59,056 bases of DNA from the NCBI GenBank assembly GCA_000934665.2, contig KZ538609.1, forward strand, positions 1-59,056, in the 5' to 3' direction. This document shows, one piece after another, positions 52,005-59,056 of this stretch. Below the pieces are notes generated by a model, which was not told the DNA's origin, did not search any database, and saw only the letters and a program-made list of their open reading frames with translations. Origin of the DNA: Catajapyx aquilonaris (taxonomy: Eukaryota). Positions within the stretch are counted from its first letter, which is position 1. Every line of letters starts with the position of its first letter. The position numbers and the translations under genes were made by a program.

Positions 52005-52673
52005 TAGTGGTTCCCAACCTTTCTTGGGTCGTGATCCCCTTTTATAATAGCCAAGTAACCTGCGACCCCCCCCCCCCCCCACACACACACACACATACTC
52101 TTGTCTTGACTAAGGCGTGGGGACGGACATTGATCACTTTTCACTGCGAGTGTAAACTGATCTAACCTAACCTAACCTAACCTACCCTACCTAACCTACC
52201 CTACCCTAAGTAACCTAGGCTGAGAAAAATGGACTTTTGTGAAACCCTACAAATGAAAATAGTGGGGACATGTCCCCACTAATTTACACATGTCCCCACT
52301 GTAATGGTACACTTCGCGTGTGTGAGACTGTGGGGACCGACAAATGTCCCCACAATTGGAACTGGTCCCCACAGCTACAGTAAAACCACAGACTTCCGTC
52401 CCCAGACCTTATCACATAAACACACATTTGTGTAAAAATGCATTTTTTAGCAAAATATGTTTATAACCTAATTAACTTATTACCTAATATTTAATTACCC
52501 CATCATTTAATGAGATGGTTGAATTTGCATTAGGGAAACAACTGCATCATTCGCGGCTGAGTGTTAGTAATTTTTTTAAACAAATTAAAAATTAAAAGAA
52601 TAGCAGAAATAATAATAAATAGCGCAGTGACCCTCCAGAAAACCCTTCGCGACCCAAAGGTTGGGAACCACTG
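52005..52673. mobile_element. hAT-type MITE carrying an inserted CCTAA-core repeat
   Basis: Perfect 8-bp TSD CTTTATAG; TAGTGGTTCCCAACCT / AGGTTGGGAACCACTG ends. Confidence 0.85.
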
Positions 52674-53192
52674 CTTTATAGGGAGAGGTTGGACAAGGTT
52701 CCTGAATAGACTAAACCCAAAAATTATATCCTTGTTCCACCAATGTCTATGCAAGAGATCTAAGGTCCGGTTGGAAAAGAGCTTGAAAAGTTTGGTATTG
52801 CTCATGAACGAGAAGCTATGCTCATCCCAGCTACTAAAAACGTACCTGGACCTAGGTAACGACCCTATTAGATGGACACATATCAATGTGCACTTGTTTG
52901 GGTCAGTACAAATTATAATCGAATTGTGTGCCCCAAGCCGGTATTTCCCCACATAAGGAAATGAAATAATATTGGAAATAACAGTCTGCCATGTACATTT
53001 TTGGCCCCTGCAAGAGGAGAATGTAGCAGTTGCTTTCTCAAATACGAGAACCTATTACTTTCTGTTACCTGCAAATATAGATAAGAAGTAACGATATTTC
53101 TTTAAACAGTGTTTCTTCCTTGTTTCACTGCCTTATTTAGTGGACCATTCCCCCTCATTCAGTGTAACTACAAATAATTGTGTGTGTGTCAT

Positions 53193-53545
53193 AGGGGAGG
53201 CGGAGTGGTGCGGTAACGTACGCGCCCAAGGATGTATGGGTCCCAGGTTCGATACCAAGCCCAGGCATATCCCCCCCCCCTTCATCTCGTGCAGAGTTGG
53301 GTCATCTCTGGCTTCGTCTCGGGTGGGATTCTTTGAGACTAACCACCCGGGGAGTTCACAAAATGTACTGTTTGAGACATTGCACATCACCTCTCACTCA
53401 TCCCCCCTTTCGCTCGCGGTACTCTGGCGTTACGCAAAAGGACCACTTGTAAGCTTGTACATCCGAAACATAATAAAGGTACCAGATGCCCTTCGTTGGG
53501 CGGTGGGCTAACCCCTATTATTATTATTGTTGTTGTTGTTGTTGT
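53193..53545 (+). mobile_element. tRNA-derived SINE, family B, near full length
   Basis: A/B boxes, shared core, TTA/TTG tail. Confidence 0.75.
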
Positions 53546-53761
53546 TCTTATTATTAATTGTGTCATTTTGAATATGTAGCTTTTAGAAGTTATTTGAAAA
53601 GCAGTATCTACTTTCATGGCCTAGAGTCAGATACCTGGAGGGCACAAAACGTGTGTAATACAGCGATGCCAACGCTTTTTCGTTTTGCTACCCAGCCTCC
53701 ATAAGAGGTCCTTGTATGAGAGTTTGATTAAAAGCTCTACCCGCACGTTTAGTTAAACCAT

Positions 53762-53979
53762 GGGCCGAATTCAGAGAGGTTGCTTAACGTAAACGCGCCC
53801 GATTAAATCCTTTAGTCATCCTCGATTAGCAAATTTAACCAACCTGCTAATACAAAGACGGCGATTAGCGCTAAACACCCCCTAATCCCACTTGCTAGCA
53901 CTTTTAAATTTGCTAATCGAGGATGACTAAAGGATTTAATCGGGCGCGTTTACGTTAAGCAACCTCTCTGAATTCGGCC
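53762..53979. mobile_element. Hairpin MITE (Harbinger-like ends) with an extra TIR copy at ~53996-54013
   Basis: Perfect ~76-bp inverted arms beginning GGGCCGAATTCAGAGAGG. Confidence 0.75.
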
Positions 53980-54713
53980 CCATGCGTTTAGGGCATCTCT
54001 CTGAATTCGGCCCTAATTGACAAACAAGCAGGCTAAAATATGCATTCCTACTGTGTAGTGTATTTCTCTGTTAAAATGTGTATGGTCGGTGTAAATAATT
54101 TACTTCCCATTCTATACTTGCTTTCATGCAGTTCAAACAATGACATTACCCCGCTGACAGGTGCCTTTGATTGGACTTTTAAATTGAATATTTTCCTAAT
54201 TGTTGCAAAAGGATGAAGCTGTCAGTAACTTCTGATAGGACTATGTATAGGCTATATTTATTTCTCTCATGCCACATGTGTGGATTCTAGGCCACAATGG
54301 ATGTCTTTGCAAGTACTGCAACCATCTGCTAAAATCTAAGTTTACAAACATGAATGTTGTAATATTATATTGCCGTGTCATGGTGTTGCAATTTTTAATC
54401 AACTACAAGTTGTTTGAGCTGAATTGCCTCATTAGTTATCAAAAAGCCACTATTCCCAACCAAAAGTGTCAATGAAAGCTTGAGAATATTTGCACAAGCA
54501 GTTGGAAAATACAATGACAAAAATGAAACTACCAAGTAGAGCTATATATGTAGCTTCCATGTTGGTTCATTTGTAATCAGGTGCAAAATTAGGGGATTTT
54601 GGGGTTGAATCTTCACCTCTGTAAATATTTATGCACATTTTTTGAGTTGAAAAGCATTGCCTATCTGGTATCACATGTATACCCATACTTATAAAATTAC
54701 ATTGTTCTTTCAG

Positions 54714-54830
54714 GTGGAGAATGTACGCATGCTGGATCGTTTCAACACGAGGAAACCATCTCTGGGCACCCTCTACGTCACTGCCACCCATCTGATTTTT
54801 GTTGACCCTGAGAGCAGAAAGGAAACATGG
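54714..54830 (+). CDS. MTMR6: MTMR exon 2, PH-GRAM domain (VENVRMLDRF...GTLYVTATHLIFVD...KETW)
   Basis: Conserved GTLYxTATHLIF motif; TTTCAG / GTCAGT splice sites. Confidence 0.95.
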
Positions 54831-55582
54831 GTCAGTTCCACATGCAACAAATCACCTATGAAAAAATAGCATCTGACATAATGTGCCATCCTGCATGCAT
54901 ACACAAAGTGTGGTCTCTTCATGGTCACTGCTATAGCATACACCTTGTTTACCAAAGGGCAATGAAACTAGGACGGAGTACTAGCGGATAATATGTGGGG
55001 TTAAAATATTCAAATCCAGAGATCGATCAGGTTGGAAGATGCGTACTGTATGAAAGAAAGATGGTCTCAGTCCAGGTAAGTGAGTCATTCACTCTGGATT
55101 GATGCTATGCTGCAGTGATATGCAGGTGTTTTTATTTATGTGGCAATTTTTATACGTCCTTAATGACATTGATGCCTGCAGCATAATTGAAAAGCTAAAT
55201 TCTGCCTTGTTATTACTATAGCTCCAAGGGTTTCTCAAATGGCTGTTTCATGCTCAATGCTGTTATTAATGGCTTTAAGCCTGCACAGCATTGAAGCTGC
55301 ATATTTTACAATGCAGTACCAGTACTGATTGTAGTAAGACATAATACACTGAAAGTGATTGCTTCATACAATCAGCAATATCATACATGTAAAATTGGCT
55401 GTTAAGCTTAAGCCAGGTTATATTAAAATATCACTATTTGCATAAATGGCAGGAAAACTGGTATTGTCGAGGTCAAACCAGTTAAGCCAGATGTACTAGA
55501 AGTGTGGGGATTATAATATCATAATGTGTTAACTACTGTATGTTCCTGAACATCATAAACGGATTAATTTTCCATACCACAG

Positions 55583-55745
55583 ATCCTCCACATGCACATT
55601 GCATCAGTGGAAAAATTGCCCTTGAGCACCACTGGGGCACCTATTCAGATACGATGCAAGACCTTCCTTTCTGTGACGTATGTGGTACCAAAGGAAAGGG
55701 ACTGCCACGAAATTTACACTACACTGCAACAGCTATCTCAACCAG
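55583..55745 (+). CDS. MTMR6: MTMR exon 3, PH-GRAM domain (ILHMHIASVEKLPLSTTGAPIQIRCKTF...ERDCHEIY...LSQP)
   Basis: Conserved HIASVEKL and ERDCH motifs; CACAG / GTGAGT; phase 0 to 1. Confidence 0.95.
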
Positions 55746-56970
55746 GTGAGTAATGAGTTCATTACACACTGTGAGGTTAACAGTCGGTAGTAAGAAATAC
55801 ATATGCAATCGCAAAGCACCTGAGACAAACAATCATTATTTGGTCTTTTTGACAAACATGACTTGCAGTGGAAAAGGTTCTTAAGTAGGTTGATCTGGTG
55901 CACGTGTAATAATCTAGATTAGGCAGATGTCGACTTCTGCTTTTTTTTCTCCTCCCCTGCTAAGGTTAGTATTAACAGTAATTAACGCATACTTTAGAAG
56001 GGATTAAATTGTGTTGTAAAATCCCATGTCACGTGGTTGTAGTGCCACATGTAGAATTCTAGTGGGACTTGCAAAAAAAGTTTGTGTCTATTGTTCAGGA
56101 GAAGATGATAGCAGGGGGATGTGGAGTATGGTTTCCACTTCTTGTTATACTCACCATGTTTTATAAGAAACTCAACCGTGCAAAGAGACCAAATCTGTTC
56201 CTGAAGCGAATTTTCCGTAAGAATTCTCTGAAGAAGGGTGAGTTTTTTTGGTTTTTTTTCTGTGTTTGACCAATTTCAAAACATGTCCAGAGTGTGTGCA
56301 GGAAGGGCTAATATTCACTTTTGCCAAGGCAGTTAATTGTGACATGATAATAATTCCATGATAATGGTGTTGCATACCTGAAGGGACCTGTTGAGGGTAA
56401 AGGATCAGAAGGGAACACAAGTCAAAAGTAAATTTGGCAGACATTCTAATTGCCTGATAGTACTGTTATAATACTGTTATAACTTATTGCACTTAACACT
56501 AGTTGGGCTGTGGTTAATTGATTTCTTCATTTCTTTTTTTCTGGGGGAGGGGGGGGGAGGGGGAGGAGGAAAAGTCAGAAAAGAAAACTGCTGCTGCCTT
56601 GTTATCCCCTTTTTGTTGTGGCTGCAATACCTCTGAAAGTGGTGGGTGGGAGTGGGTTGGTGTAGGTAAGTGAGTGTGTGGAACAAAAGAGATAGAAGAG
56701 GGGCAGAGAAAAGTTACGTGGGTAAGTGGGTGGGTGGATGATCGTCATGGTTCTCACTACCTCATTCCAAAACTATCGGCAGGACTGCTTGTTATTGTTG
56801 ACGTGTAATGGTAAAATTGCACTATGGAGGGTTGTTTCAGGTCTATGTGACCAATTTGGAAATGACATGTGACAGAGTTGCATTGAACTGGGTAGAGTGA
56901 AATGGGTATGTATGAAGAGCCCTTGACATGCGGCATGTATCAGTGTAAGGAAATCTTTCGACAGTGCTCC

Positions 56971-57660
56971 ATGCCCCCGAAAATACCTCCATTTTGGGAG
57001 GGATACATAGTAACACTTTCCGACGCGGGATACTCGCAGTCCAAGATAGTACAACAGTGCAAGGTGAAAGGTTACAAAGTATCCAAAGCATGTGTGCAGG
57101 GCGTGTTGAAAGGGAACAAGAATGGATCCCCATCAGTCCACGGTGCAGCAGGAGAAGAAGGAAGCAGGAGACCCGCATCCCACCGAAATCGGCTCATCGT
57201 AGCAAAGGTGAGAGCCATGGTCACCCAGGAGAACGCGAAGACACAACGGCACATCGCATCACGTGTGGGAGTGTCCATGGCAACTGTTAATCGCATCATC
57301 CGGGAAGATCTTCGGCTGGAAGCTTGGGATGTCAACAAAGTGTGGTTGCATCAAGACAAGGCATCAAGTCATACATCACGTTCAACAGCGGCCTACATGG
57401 ACGGAATGGCCCAGGAGACCGGGATATGTGCCGTACCATTTTCTGCAATCCATGTCAAATCTCCTGATGCATCCCCCATGGATTTCTGTGGATTTGGCCT
57501 CCTAAAACTAGCCCTTGGAAGTCGGTGACCCAAGTCAGTGGCTGGGCTCTGGAAAGCTTGTCGTGAGGAATGGGACACGATTGACTTGGTATCTTTGCAA
57601 CGCAGCCTGTTGCAATGGAAACCCGTTGTCGGGCGATAGTGTGGAACCAAGGGAAGCACA
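56971..57660 (+). pseudogene. Tc1/mariner-superfamily transposase, internally deleted, in MTMR intron 3
   Basis: Two HTH-like segments (TQRHIASRVGVSMATVNRIIREDL) fused directly to WLHQDKASSH...SPDASPMDF; premature stop at 57526-57528. Confidence 0.85.
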
Positions 57661-58160
57661 TCGAGCATAATTGCTGGTGGCAATGAGGCTTCACGTAAGG
57701 TAAATCGACATAGATGTGAAGCAACCTTCTGTGTATGTCCCTGGCTAGGGTTGATCTGCATAACTATGGCAGATTGGCTTTCAGCAAAAAAGCACTCTTT
57801 TGGTATAGCATTGATTTCAAAGAGCTCAACCTGAGAAGCAGATAGGGGAAGGGGTCCATATTTCGACCATGCGCCTAATTCCGACCACCATGCTATCTCC
57901 GGGGTAACGGGTTGCAAATTGCCGGTGATGCAATCAGTGTTGGTAAACAATATGCAACTTTAAAAATTTTGTGTCTTTTACTATTGCCCTGGGTGGCATT
58001 TTAACAATTTGCAACTCGAAAAATCTTTGAATATTATTTTGATGCTTTGAATGCGAATGATTATAGCCTGCTGTGAGAAGTTTCTCAAGGTGGAATTTCT
58101 CAGGATGTTCAATTAATGCTCAGGAATCTTTTTAACCAAAATGAGTGTCTTTTTTTCCAG

Positions 58161-58318
58161 TGCATATAGATGACCTGTATTGCTTCCAATACACATCAAG
58201 TACTGATGACATCCCAAAGAGTGCAGGCTGGAATTTCTTTGATGTTCAGGCTGAATACCAACGAATGGGTGTGCCCAACGAGAACTGGTGCTTGACCCGT
58301 CTTAATAAGGATTATGAG
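58161..58318 (+). CDS. MTMR6: MTMR exon 4 (DLYCFQY...GW...AEYQRMGVPNENW...NKDYE)
   Basis: EYxRMG myotubularin motif; TTCCAG / GTAAGC; phase 1 to 0. Confidence 0.95.
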
Positions 58319-58387
58319 GTAAGCATTCTTCATGAAGACTGTTCAGAGAGAAGCAGATTTTTTAACGTTTTTCTTTTCCTTTCACAG

Positions 58388-58513
58388 TTGTGCGACACTT
58401 ATCCTCGTTACATTTATGTTCCTTCATCTGCATCAACCACAGTACTGCTAGGAAGTTCGCGCTTTCGGAGTAAAGGGAGGCTTCCTGTCCTGTCCTACTA
58501 CCATCATAATAAG
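58388..58513 (+). CDS. MTMR6: MTMR exon 5 (LCDTYPRYIYVP...GSSRFRSKGRLPVLSYYH)
   Basis: CDTYP and FRSKGRLPVLSY hallmark motifs; gene continues beyond the window. Confidence 0.95.
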
Positions 58514-59056
58514 GTTTGAAAATTTTTCATCAATGTTTATTAGGTTGCCAAACATGTGACCCTAAGGAGTTAGTGTGGAGGACTGATATTGTTAGGGATA
58601 CTACTAACAAGGGAACGGTCAAGGTCGATCCCCTCCGATTTGGTTGAAACTTACTTGAGGGGTCATTCATGTGTGATAGACACATTGGTGAAAGTTTTAG
58701 CTGACACTCTTCAGCCGTTTCCGAGTTATGAGCGACATAAACATCTGAATTTTGGCCCTCGCGCATATACAGGGTGTTTCAGAGTCACAGGTTAAGTGCT
58801 CGCGAGGGGGTGGGGAAAAATCATAGGTGGCGACAACCCGGGTAGGTTTTATAAAACAATGAGAAATACCGGAGTAATCAATTATTCTATTACGGCATGA
58901 TGTCACATCCTTTCTGGTCGAATTGACTGGCGCGGACTAGCAAGTGCAGTGGGTTGAACCTGGTTCAATGGCTTTTTAGCCTTGGGGGTTGCACTGGAAA
59001 AGGCGCTCTCATGCTATACCGGTAGGGTACTGTACAAAGTAGTGTACTACTGTCCC

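Overview
Animal genomic DNA, probably arthropod (TTAGG-type repeats, spliceosomal introns, CpG-depleted gene bodies), with one 272-nt N gap. Two conserved genes sit head-to-head with start codons about 480 bp apart. NUP58 is on the minus strand (6 coding exons read, 9598 to 1394; 3' end not found in the window). An MTMR6/7/8-type myotubularin is on the plus strand (exon 1 at 10078-10101, exons 2-5 at 54714-58513, continuing beyond the window). The ~44.6 kb first MTMR intron appears to contain a complete same-strand nested gene that I cannot assign to a family: 5-6 phase-compatible exons, ~571-598 aa, 13006-29959, with a duplicated leader exon. The same intron has a CpG-rich zone with several candidate alternative MTMR first exons. 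The rest is dense with tRNA-derived SINEs, Tc1/mariner, piggyBac, hAT and Harbinger-type non-autonomous elements, and long foldback palindromes. All exon models were read by eye from splice signals and frame continuity; no searches were run.
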